Notes under the pieces: generated by a model
The model's database searches: none
Told to the model about the DNA's origin: nothing
The model's input: only the letters and a program-made list of their open reading frames with translations
In this document: piece by piece, positions 54,596-64,000 of the stretch
How the letters are laid out: every line of letters starts with the position of its first letter
Position numbering within the stretch: position 1 is the first letter of the stretch
Assembly: GCA_016928395.1 (NCBI GenBank)
Contig: JAFGKV010000114.1
Span: forward strand, 16,525 to 80,524
Reading direction: 5' to 3'
Source: Candidatus Fermentibacterota bacterium
Lineage (GTDB): Bacteria > JAFGKV01
Length of the DNA: 64,000 nucleotides
Made by a program: the position numbers and the translations under genes

Positions 54596-54775
54596 TTGAC
54601 TGGCGGCTTCCCTTCGCTCGCAGGCGACAGGGTTCAGGGTTCGGGATTCAGGCTGTCGCCCCATCTCCTCACTCCTATCTCCTTACTCTTGAGCCTCTTC
54701 ACCTCTTTACTCTTTTGCCCCTTTGAGTCCTTTGTGCCTCTGGACCTTTCCGCCCGCGTGACGAGCCCGTAGTAA
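54596..54775. repeat. Mosaic intergenic repeat, copy D (CT-rich module ctcactcctatctcct shared with copy A)
   Basis: gggttcagggttcgggattcaggctgtcgcc...ctcctcactcctatctccttactcttgagcctcttcacctctttactc matches modules of copies A and C. Confidence 0.55.
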
Positions 54776-54784
54776 TCAATGGTT

Positions 54785-54814
54785 GAGGGCTCGGCCCCCG
54801 CGGGCCGAGCCCTC
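54785..54814 (-). terminator. 12-bp perfect GC hairpin (AGGGCTCGGCCC-ccgc-GGGCCGAGCCCT) 23 nt downstream of the W-rich protein gene
   Basis: Read directly. No T-tract, which is common in high-GC genomes. Confidence 0.35.
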
Positions 54815-54836
54815 TTCATCGACGCAGGATCAGTTG

Positions 54837-55823
54837 CTACCTGCGGGCAGTCCCCCTCGCTTGAATCCCGTCACTGTGTTGCGTGGATCGTGTCTGTGTC
54901 TGCCCAGGATCGCGGACACCTCCCGCCTGGCCTCGGTCCCGATCCCCAATGGGTCGCGAAGGCGCATCGCTTCGGACTTCATCGCCCTGCCGAGGTGGTC
55001 TCCCGTATTCTTCGCGGGTGGGCGAGGGTGACTCCGCGGGGCGATGGCGCTCAATGCTCCGCGGCTCCCTGGTCCTCTCCGGCTCTCGGGATCGCTCGAG
55101 ACGAGAGTCCCGCTCGTCCGTGGTCCTCTCCCGAACCACGCCACGGTCGCGGTGCGGCTGCATCGTACGTTCCACGCGCTCCGCCCCGGGTCGCTCCACT
55201 ACGACAGTGGCGATTTTGCCTGTCACTCTCTCAATGGTCTGCCGTTCGGGAGCCTGCCCAAGAGTGTACCCTCTCTTGTCACGACGATCATACTCGCGGG
55301 CGAAATCAGCCTTCACTTTTGTCTCCGGCAGACGCTCCTGGGAGAGCGAGGGCGAGAGGAACCCGTGGTTGCTCACCATAACCCACCGGCCATGATGGCG
55401 GTGGTAGTCTCTGTGGCGCCAGTAGCCGTAGCACCAGTCAGGCGAGGCAGGAGCCCACCCAATCCATCCCGGCCCGCTAATCCACACGACCCACGCGGGG
55501 GACCAGACTCGCCCGGGCACCCACACCCAGCCATGATGCGGGGTCCACAACCACCGCCCATAGTGATCAGTCAGATGACCCCACGGATCGTTGGATACCC
55601 ACATCCAGCCCCAGGGGCTCCAGGCCCAGTGACCGTGAAGGTAAGGCTGCCAGGTGACGTGGACCCTCGGCACCCACACCTCTCCCACGTCGGGCATCGA
55701 CACCCATCGGCCATGGAACGAGAGATCGTTGTCCCAGGAGAATCCGACGCTGGCGCTGATTCGGGCATGGGCGGGCAGTGCGGCGAGGAGAACGAGTGCG
55801 ACGACGATGCCTTTCATGATCAT
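54837..55823 (-). CDS. Exported Trp-rich repeat protein with RE-rich disordered C-terminus
   Basis: Signal MIMKGIVVALVLLAALPAHA. Repeats HGHWAWSPWGWMWVSNDPWGHLTDHYGRWLWTPHHGWVWVPGRVWSPAWVVWISGPGWIGWAP. The C-terminus is ERTREPRSIERHRPAESPSPTREEYGRPPRQGDE low-complexity. Confidence 0.45.
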   Translation of the reverse strand: MIMKGIVVALVLLAALPAHARISASVGFSWDNDLSFHGRWVSMPDVGEVWVPRVHVTWQPYLHGHWAWSPWGWMWVSNDPWGHLTDHYGRWLWTPHHGWVWVPGRVWSPAWVVWISGPGWIGWAPASPDWCYGYWRHRDYHRHHGRWVMVSNHGFLSPSLSQERLPETKVKADFAREYDRRDKRGYTLGQAPERQTIERVTGKIATVVVERPGAERVERTMQPHRDRGVVRERTTDERDSRLERSREPERTREPRSIERHRPAESPSPTREEYGRPPRQGDEVRSDAPSRPIGDRDRGQAGGVRDPGQTQTRSTQHSDGIQARGTARR

Positions 55824-56097
55824 CCTCCCATTGTCTGTGGTGAGTGAGGGCATCACAACGGTACTCACACACGACCGACATGCACAAGTCGTGCCCGAAT
55901 GCTGCCAACGACCAAAATGCCTTGTGCGGCAATGCATTCATCTGTACCCGACGCGAGGAGAGCCCATCCGATCCGCGACCTATACTCGGCATGACTGTCG
56001 CCCAATGAGGACGCAGTGAGGGTCAACGGCATCCTGTGCGCCTGAGCGAGGGAGCGACGCGAATCGTAGCCCTCATTTCCCCGAGAAGCCTTGGTGA

Positions 56098-56140
56098 ACC
56101 GTATAGGACTGATCATATATAGGACACGTCCTATATGCCG
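56098..56140. promoter_or_regulatory. AT-rich operator-like site: TATAGGAC-N10-TATAGGAC-AC-GTCCTATA
   Basis: gtataggactgatcatatataggacacgtcctatatgcc has two direct copies of TATAGGAC and an 18-nt perfect palindrome TATAGGACACGTCCTATA. It sits in a 1.1-kb divergent intergenic region with locally low GC. Confidence 0.35.
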
Positions 56141-56584
56141 CATTGACCGAAAGGGTTGACTCGCCGATCATTCGACACCCTGCGCGGGAGCACCGGCGTA
56201 CCTCTGTGGGGTGGCCTCTGGCCTGGAGAGCCCCGGTAGTTGGCTCGCACGAAGACCGGTCAAAGGGCCAAGAGCCTGGCTCACCTGACATGACGAAGGC
56301 ACTCTGCGAAGCGGGACTAACCTGTACCTTCACGCATCAACCTTAGAAGTTTCCCTATGTATGAGCAGGGCAATGCCCGGGGCCCCCACTACGCTGTAAC
56401 TTCATAGGGGAGCAGAGGTTCCCACGCAGAGCATGAGATCCAGCCGGAGGAATGAGGAGCCCGAATGTCATCACCCGGCGTGCCCGGGTGATCCAGAACT
56501 CGGTCGATATGCTCCTGCCTGGATTGCCGATCGAGTCGGGCAATGACGGGGGAGGTGTGGAAGTTGCACCATGTATCGTCCGGG

Positions 56585-56895
56585 CACGCCCGGGCCCCCA
56601 CTCGTACTCGGAGGTACGCCTCTCGATACCGATACCGATACCAATACCGACTCCGACCCCCGCCCACCCTGCGGGCGACCATAGACGGTCGCCCCTGCGA
56701 CGGCAACGGTTCCTCGTAGCGCTGGGCGGGCCTGGTAGATGAAGGCCGATAGCCACCAGCGGGCCGTACTCTCCACCTCAAAGGCCCCGGGTGCTCTCGC
56801 ATCCAGAGGCTTTACTGATGCGAGACACCGGTGAGCTATCCGCAGTCTGGGCTGTGCCTCGCAAGGCCAAGGTTGACTCGGCTTGCGTGAGGGCA
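56585..56895. repeat. Mosaic intergenic repeat, copy B (inverted relative to copy A; module order Z-X-Y)
   Basis: Reverse complement contains cagtaaagcctctggatgcgagagcacccggggcctttgaggtggagagtacggcc and ggctatcggcc...caggcccgcccagcgctacgaggaaccgttgccgtcgcaggggcgaccgtctatggtcgcccg plus ggtatcggtatcggtatcgaga. That is about 85% identical to the copy-A modules over more than 250 nt. Confidence 0.8.
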
Positions 56896-56987
56896 CGATG
56901 TCAGGTACGTTCGTCCCTCTTCCACCCTAATCGTGCAGTCTAGACGGCATCGGGGGCGGGCCGTGCTTCGGCGCCACTGAGACTCGG

Positions 56988-58808
56988 TTGACACAGATGA
57001 AAGACCGCATACAAGGCAAGGGAGTCGAAGGCTCCTCCCGGTCCAGCGTGCGCCTGCTCGCGGCCCTGTTGCTGCGTCACAAGCGGCAGATGACCATTGG
57101 GCTGTTGGGGCTCATCGGCGTCGACGCGCTCCAGCTTGTGATCCCCAAGATCACCCAGTACGTCGTGGATGATCTGGCCCGGGGCGTTGCCACCGTGCCG
57201 CGCCTCTGGGTCATGGGCGGTGCCATCGTGGGCGTTGCCGCACTCATGGCGGGCTGTCGGTTTGTCTGGCGTTTCTTTGTCATCCGATCCAGCCATCGCA
57301 TCGAGCGCGATCTGCGGCAGGATCTCTACGATCACCTCATCACTCTGTCGCCGCAGTTCTACGACGAGAATAAGGTTGGGGATTTGATGGCCCACGCCAC
57401 CAATGACTTGAACGCGGTGCGCATGGCCACGGGTATGGCCTCACTCGTCACCATCGACGCGCTATTCCTCGCTATCGCCTGCATCGGAATAATGGTGTCA
57501 ATGGACGCGCGACTCACGATGCTGGCTCTTCTGCCGCTTCCCCTGTTGTCCGTGGTCATGCTTCGGTTCGGGAGCCTGGTTCACGACCGGTTCACCGCGG
57601 TGCAAGATGCATTCTCCCGGCTCTCCGAACGCGTGCAGGAGAGCTTTTCCGGCATCCGCGTCGTCAAGGCCTACGGTGATGAAGAATCCGAGTTCCTTCA
57701 CTTCGCCCAGACTGCGGGACGCAGTCGCGACGAGAACATCAGGTTGGGCCGGCTCTGGGGCATGTTCGAGCCGCTCATCGGCGGATTGGCCCTGACCAGC
57801 ATAGCGATCCTGCTGGGTGCGGGCGGCCGGATGGTCGTATACGGGCGGATCTCCTTGGGTGAGTTCGTGGCATTCTTCAGCTACCTCCACATGCTCATCT
57901 GGCCCATGATGGCTGCGGGATGGGTCGTGAACATACTCCAGCGCGGCACCGCCAGCATGGACAGGCTTCAGACCCTCTTCCACACGCGGCCGGATATCGT
58001 GGGCGGGCATCTTGATGCACCGGATTCCCCATCCATCGCCGTGCACGACCTCTCCTTCTCGTACCCGGGGACCTCGGCTCCCGTGCTCAGGAACGTATCA
58101 TTCTCTTTGCGCGCCGGCGCGACGCTGGGAATCGTAGGGCGAACGGGTTCTGGCAAGACGACCCTCGTGGAGTTGCTCATGCGCCTCTATGACCCACCTC
58201 CCGGCACCGTGTTCATCGGTGATGTCGACGTGCGCACCATGGAGCTTCCCCGTCTCAGAGAGCTCTTCGGGTTTGTACCCCAGGAGACATTCCTGTTCGC
58301 GATGAGTATCGCGGACAACATCGCCTTCGGGTGCGACTCCCTCTCCCGTGATGAGGTAATCTCCCTGGGCATCGGTGCGCAGATCCACGATGAGGTAGTG
58401 AATTTCCCCGACGGATATGACACCATGATCGGTGAGCGCGGCGTTACCCTCTCCGGCGGCCAGAAGCAGCGCGTGGCTATCGCCAGGGCCATGGCCGTTC
58501 AGCCGCCTGTCCTGATACTGGACGATGCTCTCTCCAGCGTCGACACCGAAACGGAAGCAGCACTACAGGATGACGTGGCATTGAGACACGGCCGGACCAC
58601 GATTCTCATCGCCCACCGTATCAGCACGGTTCGCAATGCAGACCTCATTATCGTGCTGGATGATGGTCGACTCATCGATGCGGGGACACATGATGATCTG
58701 CTGCGTCGAGGCGGCTTCTATGCCGAACTGTTCCGCATGCAGCAGCAGGAGGAAGACCAATGCAGCGAACCGCCGGATGAAGGCCCATTCGAAGGGGCTG
58801 ACCTCTGA
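56988..58808 (+). CDS. ABC exporter, fused permease-ATPase (type I exporter, MsbA/ABCB-like), subunit 1
   Basis: Six N-terminal TM helices. Walker A GRTGSGKTT. Signature LSGGQKQRVAIARAM. Walker B ILILDDALSSVD. H-loop IAHRIST. Stop overlaps the next start (TGATG). Confidence 0.85.
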   Translation: MTQMKDRIQGKGVEGSSRSSVRLLAALLLRHKRQMTIGLLGLIGVDALQLVIPKITQYVVDDLARGVATVPRLWVMGGAIVGVAALMAGCRFVWRFFVIRSSHRIERDLRQDLYDHLITLSPQFYDENKVGDLMAHATNDLNAVRMATGMASLVTIDALFLAIACIGIMVSMDARLTMLALLPLPLLSVVMLRFGSLVHDRFTAVQDAFSRLSERVQESFSGIRVVKAYGDEESEFLHFAQTAGRSRDENIRLGRLWGMFEPLIGGLALTSIAILLGAGGRMVVYGRISLGEFVAFFSYLHMLIWPMMAAGWVVNILQRGTASMDRLQTLFHTRPDIVGGHLDAPDSPSIAVHDLSFSYPGTSAPVLRNVSFSLRAGATLGIVGRTGSGKTTLVELLMRLYDPPPGTVFIGDVDVRTMELPRLRELFGFVPQETFLFAMSIADNIAFGCDSLSRDEVISLGIGAQIHDEVVNFPDGYDTMIGERGVTLSGGQKQRVAIARAMAVQPPVLILDDALSSVDTETEAALQDDVALRHGRTTILIAHRISTVRNADLIIVLDDGRLIDAGTHDDLLRRGGFYAELFRMQQQEEDQCSEPPDEGPFEGADL

Positions 58809-60907
58809 TGCACGATTCCTTTGCCAGCGACTACGTGGAAGGCGCCGCCTATGATGGGGCCATGGTGCGACGCCTTCTCTCCTATGTCACGCCCCATCGC
58901 AGGCTGGTCCTGCTGGCCATGGCCTTCATGCTCTTCTCCACAACCCTTGAACTGCTCATCCCCTACATCACGAAAGTGGGAATAGACCGGTATCTGGCCC
59001 GCCTCTACCATGTCTATGAGGCGCCGGCGGCGTTCTGCGATTCGCTCATCGAGGCCGATCCTACTGGGAACGACTGCCTCCGCCTCGACGGGGGCGCCCT
59101 TCTGTTGCGCAAGGCATCGATGGAACGGTTCGATCCCGCGGCGCGTAGCCGTCTCACGGCCCGAGGCAGCCTCCAAAGCGAGACCTATTACGCATTCGAC
59201 GCCCACGCGCGGCACGCCGATGTCGGCGCGATCCGCGGAAGCTTCTGGCTTGTTCCGGAGGCGCAGTTATCGCGGGTGCCCCCGCGAGAGCTGGCCAGGC
59301 TGCGTTCCCAAGATCTGACGGGGATCACCCGTCTTGCTCTACTGGCGGCGGGCCTCATCATCGTGGGCATGGTCTCGGGGTATGGCCACGTGTATGCCTT
59401 ACAGATCGCCGGCCAACGATCAATGTATGACGTGCGAACGGCCCTATTCCGCCACATCCACTCGCTCTCCCTCTCATTCTTCGACAGGAATCCCATCGGA
59501 CGCCTGGTCACCCGGGCCACCAATGACATCGAGGCCCTGAACGAGATGTTCACCGCAGTGTTGGTGAATCTGGTGAAGGATGTGATTCTGGTTGTGGGTA
59601 CGGTCGCGATTCTCTGCGCCCTCAACCTCAGGCTGGCGCTCATAGCCCTGGCCGTGGTCCCCGTGTTCACCTTCGCGTCTGTCGTGTTCCGACGAAAGGC
59701 CCGAGGAGCGTACCGGGAAGTCAGGCGACTCCTGGCCCAACTCAACGCCACCTTGGCTGAAGACCTTTCCGGCATCAAGATCATCCAGGTCTTCAGGCGG
59801 GAACGCCACCGCAGAGACAGCTATCGCGCCATCAACGAGCAGTTCTTCGCCGCGAACATCCACCAACTGGTCATCTTCGGCGTCTTCCGGCCTCTCATCG
59901 AGTTGATCGCCACCACCGGCATCGCCTTGGTGCTGGTGTACGGCGGCATGGGCGTGCTGTCGGGCGGACTGACCCTGGGAGCATTGGTGGCGTTCCTCAG
60001 CTATGTGCGACAGATGTTCGAACCGCTTTCCGACATGAGCGAGAAATACAATATCATGCAGAGCGCCATGGCGTCATCCGAACGCATCTTCGGGATCATG
60101 GATGAAACGCCAACCATCCTGGAATCTCATGCACCGGTGCAGGCCGAAATCCGAGGCCGCGTGGTCTTCGACGACGTCTCGTTCTCCTACACACCCGGCC
60201 GGGCCGTACTCCGAAACGTCTCCTTTTCGGTGGAACCTGGCCACAGCGTCGCAATCGTTGGCCCTACCGGTGCAGGCAAAACCTCCCTCATTAATCTCCT
60301 GTGCAGGCTCTACGATCCCGACACCGGTCGCGTCATGCTGGACGGAGTTGACCTCCGGGATCTACCGCTGCGAACGCTTCGCCACAGTATCGCCGTGGTG
60401 CTTCAGGACGCATTCATCTTCAGCCGCAGCGTGGAAGACAATGTCCGCCTGGGAACCCCCATGGAGCGAAGCCAAATCACGCACGCGGCCGACATGGTGC
60501 AGGCCTCCGGTTTCATCGGACGCCTTCCGGGAAGATTCGACGAGATCATGGCGGAACGCGGCGCAACGCTCTCGACGGGGCAGAAGCAACTCCTCTGCTT
60601 TGCCCGGGCTTTGGCCCATGACCCGAAGATTCTCATCCTCGACGAAGCCACCAGCAGCGTCGATCCCGCGACGGAGCACCTCATCCAGCGAGCCATCGAA
60701 ACACTCATGACGGGCCGTACCAGCATCATAGTCGCCCACCGGCTCACCACCATCCAGCGCGCCGACGAGATCCTGGTCATCGACCATGGGCGAATTGTCG
60801 AGCGCGGGACACACCAGCAGCTTCTGGCACAACGGGGCATGTACTACAAGCTCTACTTGCTGCAGTATGTCCGGGCGGAGGAGCCTGAGACGGCGAGGGT
60901 TGAATGA
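58808..60907 (+). CDS. ABC exporter, fused permease-ATPase, subunit 2 (with ~80-aa insertion in TMD periplasmic loop)
   Basis: TM helices. Walker A GPTGAGKTS. Signature LSTGQKQLLCFARAL. Walker B ILILDEATSSVD. AHRLTT. About 100 aa longer than its partner. Confidence 0.85.
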   Translation: MHDSFASDYVEGAAYDGAMVRRLLSYVTPHRRLVLLAMAFMLFSTTLELLIPYITKVGIDRYLARLYHVYEAPAAFCDSLIEADPTGNDCLRLDGGALLLRKASMERFDPAARSRLTARGSLQSETYYAFDAHARHADVGAIRGSFWLVPEAQLSRVPPRELARLRSQDLTGITRLALLAAGLIIVGMVSGYGHVYALQIAGQRSMYDVRTALFRHIHSLSLSFFDRNPIGRLVTRATNDIEALNEMFTAVLVNLVKDVILVVGTVAILCALNLRLALIALAVVPVFTFASVVFRRKARGAYREVRRLLAQLNATLAEDLSGIKIIQVFRRERHRRDSYRAINEQFFAANIHQLVIFGVFRPLIELIATTGIALVLVYGGMGVLSGGLTLGALVAFLSYVRQMFEPLSDMSEKYNIMQSAMASSERIFGIMDETPTILESHAPVQAEIRGRVVFDDVSFSYTPGRAVLRNVSFSVEPGHSVAIVGPTGAGKTSLINLLCRLYDPDTGRVMLDGVDLRDLPLRTLRHSIAVVLQDAFIFSRSVEDNVRLGTPMERSQITHAADMVQASGFIGRLPGRFDEIMAERGATLSTGQKQLLCFARALAHDPKILILDEATSSVDPATEHLIQRAIETLMTGRTSIIVAHRLTTIQRADEILVIDHGRIVERGTHQQLLAQRGMYYKLYLLQYVRAEEPETARVE

Positions 60908-62721
60908 TCGCCGAAACGGTGGCCCCGGGAAGCCTGGTGCTGTACAAGGAACGGCCTGCCCGGGTGGCAGTCGTGGACGATCGACTGCAGATCGAAGTGC
61001 CCGGGGGAGAAACCTTGCGCGTCCGCCGCAAGGACATCCGGCTTCTCCATCCGGGCCCTCTGCGAAGCTTGGCAGACCTCCGTCCGCTGACCGGCGAGGC
61101 CGATGCCGCATGGGAGTTGCTGGCCGGCTCGACCACAACCTTGGAGGAACTGGCGGAGCTGGCATTCGGTGGGTTCACTCCGGAGACTGCCTGGGCCGCC
61201 TGGGAACTCATCCGCGATGGGATGCGATTTCAGGGCTCGCCCGAGCATGTGATCGTGGTCACTCCCGAAGAGGTGGCCCGGCGCCTGGCGTCCCGGGCCG
61301 TGGATGAGGGCAGACGAGCGAGGTGGGGCGAACTCATGAGCAGGATCCGCGCCAGGCAGATCAGCCCTGACGACAACAGCGCCTTGGCTGATTTAACCGA
61401 TCTGGCCCTTGGGCGGTCGGCCAGGAGTAAAATCTTGAGGGAACTGGGCCGGACGGAGAGCCCCGAAGAAGCGCACGCTCTCCTCCTCGATCTCGGCCAT
61501 TGGACAGCGCAGATCAATCCCTACCCAACCCGTCTGGGCCTACCGCTTGAAGCGCCGGCCATGCCGGTTTTCCCCGTGCCTGCCGAACCTCGCCGTGATC
61601 TCACCCATCACCAGGCCTTTGCCATCGACGATGATACGACCGGCATTGCGGATGATGCCCTCAGCCTTCATGACGGCCGGTTCTGGGTGCATGTGGCGGA
61701 TCCCGGTTCCTCGGTACTCCCCGGAGACGCCGCTGACCTGGAAGCCCGAGGCCGCGGCACGGCGCTGTATCTTCCCGAGCAGACAGTACCCATGTTCCCG
61801 GCCCAGGCGATCGCCATGTTCGGGCTCGGCTGTGCAGAGGTGTCGCCGGCGCTCTCGTTCAGCTTGGAGCTGACCTCCACCGGCGCCCGAGTGGCGGAGG
61901 TGTGCCCCTCACTGGTGCGGGTGCGGCGACTGACCTATGCCCAGGTCGAGGAGTGCCTCGGTGACGCACCATTCGCGACATTGCGTGAAGTGACCCGACG
62001 CTACCAGGAGTACCGCCAAGACCGCGGCGCGGTCTCCCTCGCCATCCCCGAAGTTGACGTCAAGGTCACGGAGGGAGGCGTCGTGGTGCGCCCCGTTCCG
62101 CAGACAAGCAGCCGGATTCTGGTTCAAGAAGCCATGATAATGGCGGGCGAGGCCACGGCGCGTTGGGCCTTGGATCGCAGCCTTCCCATGCCCTTTGCGT
62201 GCCAAGAGCTGGGCGGCATCGCGGGAGAGACCACAACGCTCTCCGCCATGTACGCGACCCGCCGGATCCTGCGGCCCCGGCAGTACCGGACTGCGGCATC
62301 CCGCCACGCCAGTCTCGGGCTGGATGCCTATGTTCAGGTAACAAGCCCGCTGCGGCGGTATCTGGATCTTGTGTCCCATCAGCAGATCAGGGCGGTGCTT
62401 GCGGGCCGGCCTCCGTTGGGGACGGCCGAGCTGGTCGAGCGCCTTGGTGCAGTAGAGGCTATCGGTGGGGCATTGCGCGCGGCCGAAGGGCTCTCCAACC
62501 GGCATTGGACACTGGTCTACCTTTTGGCTCGGCCCGGCTGGAGAGGACAGGGAACCGTTGTGGAGAAACGCGGCCGCACCGCCGTGATTCTGATCGAAGA
62601 ACTGGGTTTGGAAACATCCATGGTGCTCGGCGATGACGTTTCGTTGGACTCCACCGTGCCGCTGATCTTGATGGGCGTCAGCCTTGCCGGGCTGGAGGCT
62701 CACTTCCGAATTGGAGCATAG
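60904..62721 (+). CDS. RNB-domain exoribonuclease (RNase II/R family)
   Basis: RNB motif I AFAIDDDTTGIADDALS. WVHVADPGS. ALYLPEQTVPMFP...CSL-like FSLEL. ATGA overlap with the ABC subunit 2 stop. Confidence 0.65.
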   Translation: MIAETVAPGSLVLYKERPARVAVVDDRLQIEVPGGETLRVRRKDIRLLHPGPLRSLADLRPLTGEADAAWELLAGSTTTLEELAELAFGGFTPETAWAAWELIRDGMRFQGSPEHVIVVTPEEVARRLASRAVDEGRRARWGELMSRIRARQISPDDNSALADLTDLALGRSARSKILRELGRTESPEEAHALLLDLGHWTAQINPYPTRLGLPLEAPAMPVFPVPAEPRRDLTHHQAFAIDDDTTGIADDALSLHDGRFWVHVADPGSSVLPGDAADLEARGRGTALYLPEQTVPMFPAQAIAMFGLGCAEVSPALSFSLELTSTGARVAEVCPSLVRVRRLTYAQVEECLGDAPFATLREVTRRYQEYRQDRGAVSLAIPEVDVKVTEGGVVVRPVPQTSSRILVQEAMIMAGEATARWALDRSLPMPFACQELGGIAGETTTLSAMYATRRILRPRQYRTAASRHASLGLDAYVQVTSPLRRYLDLVSHQQIRAVLAGRPPLGTAELVERLGAVEAIGGALRAAEGLSNRHWTLVYLLARPGWRGQGTVVEKRGRTAVILIEELGLETSMVLGDDVSLDSTVPLILMGVSLAGLEAHFRIGA

Positions 62722-62933
62722 CTCCATGATTTCCACAAGGCCGGGGTCCCTGCTGCTGTCCCATTGACCACCGTGGGGACGCGTATAGTCTCCTTCCGGA
62801 GGAAGGTATCTTGGCGGATCGTTGCCCTTCAACCATGCAAGAGACGCTGCATGACCGTGCCGTTGGTTCGACCGTACCGGGCGACGGCGCACGGGCCTGT
62901 TCACCCGAGGAGCTCAAGTGCCATATCTGGCTC

Positions 62934-64000
62934 GTGCTCCTGGCCATCACCGCCTTCTGGGTTGCGTTCAAATCGCCCGTGGATCATGCGGGAAGTGATC
63001 CAAAGGGTACGCTCTTGACTTCCCAGGCAATCCTGGAAAGCGGTTCCGCCCGGCTGGATTCCTATGCCGCCCAAGACAACTCGTGGGTCAGCCCCGGGCA
63101 ACCCGACCGTTTCGTGAGCCGCCACGACCACATCTACTATCGCTTTCCCATGGCTCCGGCACTGGTGTCGCTGCCCTTCGTCTGGATGGCCAATCTCCAG
63201 GGGAAGGACATGCACAAACCCACCACGGACGCCGAAACTCAGAACCTGCTCTCTGCCCTCTTGGTCGCCGTATCGGTGCTTCTTGCATACTCGCTGGGCA
63301 GGCGGTTCGCCGACCCGATGCCCGCGCTCCTGCTCACCGTCGGCTTTGTATTCGGCGGGCCCATCATGAGCACCGGGGGAACGGCACTGTGGAACTCCGG
63401 AGTCGCCGCGTTGCTTGGCATTGCCGCGGTAATGCTGATGACCGACTTCGCGCGGGGGCAAAAGCCACCGATCGTCCTGCTCGCAATGCTCCTGGTGCTC
63501 TCCTTGTTCAGCAGGCCGACAATGGCAGTGCTGTTCGGCCTTTCGGTGCCGTATGTCTGGAAAGTGAGGCGTGACCTGTGGGTGCGGTTCACGGTGGTGT
63601 TGACGTGTACGAGCGTGGCGGTTTTTCTGGTGCATGTTCGCCTCTATGACGGGTGCCTGCTCGCCTACTATCACCCCTCCCGCATGGCGAGACCATGGTG
63701 GTTGCTGATGACCCTGGGTTGCGTGGCACTCGGTGGCGTATACCTCGGCCGGCGCCTGCTGCCTCGCCTGGCCAGGCAGAGCCTGCGCGGTTCGAACCGT
63801 GCGTCGTCCGGAGACGGAGTCGACCTCCGCATGATCAGGCCCTCTCGGCGAGTACGCGTGCTCTTCACGACGGCCTACGGACTCGCTCTGGCGATGCTCC
63901 TTGGCTTTCTCCTCTCCCTGCCCCGCATCCTCAACAGAAGCACTATCACCCGCACGTCGATCCTGCCCAACTATCGCGAGGTGACCGAAACGCTGCGGGC
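62934..64000 (+). CDS. Polytopic membrane protein, 3' partial (runs off window end); possibly glycosyltransferase-like
   Basis: Frame open from TGA at 62853 to nt 64000 and not present in the ORF track because no stop is reached. It has 8 or more hydrophobic helices (LLSALLVAVSVLLAYSL; IVLLAMLLVLSLF; WWLLMTLGCVALGGVYL). Start codon uncertain: GTG at 62934 or ATG near 63150. Confidence 0.35.
   Translation, partial: MLLAITAFWVAFKSPVDHAGSDPKGTLLTSQAILESGSARLDSYAAQDNSWVSPGQPDRFVSRHDHIYYRFPMAPALVSLPFVWMANLQGKDMHKPTTDAETQNLLSALLVAVSVLLAYSLGRRFADPMPALLLTVGFVFGGPIMSTGGTALWNSGVAALLGIAAVMLMTDFARGQKPPIVLLAMLLVLSLFSRPTMAVLFGLSVPYVWKVRRDLWVRFTVVLTCTSVAVFLVHVRLYDGCLLAYYHPSRMARPWWLLMTLGCVALGGVYLGRRLLPRLARQSLRGSNRASSGDGVDLRMIRPSRRVRVLFTTAYGLALAMLLGFLLSLPRILNRSTITRTSILPNYREVTETLR

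Overview
This is a GC-rich (about 65% by eye), densely coding chromosomal segment from a Gram-negative bacterium. Many genes overlap by 1-4 nt, which suggests long operons. A C-terminal T9SS (Por-type) sorting domain on a multidomain M14 carboxypeptidase, together with LapA/LapB, Omp85 and ExbB/ExbD/TonB, points to a high-GC member of the FCB superphylum, possibly Gemmatimonadota-like (inference only).

Recognisable genes:
- miaB, lapA, lapB, mutS and mutL.
- A membrane GGDEF cyclase.
- tRNA-Arg(ACG), tadA and tRNA-Ser(CGA) as one cluster, followed by tmk and an aspartate-type aminotransferase.
- An ECF sigma / ZAS anti-sigma / ybjQ operon.
- A probably degenerate HD-GYP protein next to a HEAT-repeat protein with a related N-terminus.
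- ptsI, holC, a GT4 glycosyltransferase, a DUF523/DUF1722 protein and an acyl-CoA ligase.
- A heterodimeric ABC exporter pair translationally coupled to an RNB-family exoribonuclease.

The most striking region is a roughly 15 kb, 11-gene minus-strand operon (12973-27798) with 1-4 nt overlaps at almost every junction. It runs ClpX-like AAA+ ATPase, two lipoproteins, a 949-aa periplasmic TPR protein, a 475-aa putative outer-membrane barrel, ExbB, ExbD, TonB, an NHL beta-propeller, a roughly 1200-aa outer-membrane-type protein of unknown family and an Omp85/BamA-family protein. I could not match this to a textbook system (Tol-Pal, TAM, Ton) and I flag it as a candidate undescribed trans-envelope machine.

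Other notable features:
- A mosaic intergenic repeat family with four copies, which includes a 14-bp tandem array and an inverted distant copy.
- A G-rich tetranucleotide microsatellite.
- An in-frame TGA that splits a beta-helix protein gene.
- A perfect 26-nt AT-rich palindrome.
- An AT-rich operator-like site.

No CRISPR array, transposase, integrase or rRNA was seen. All coordinates come from reading the sequence and ORF track by hand. No database search was possible.
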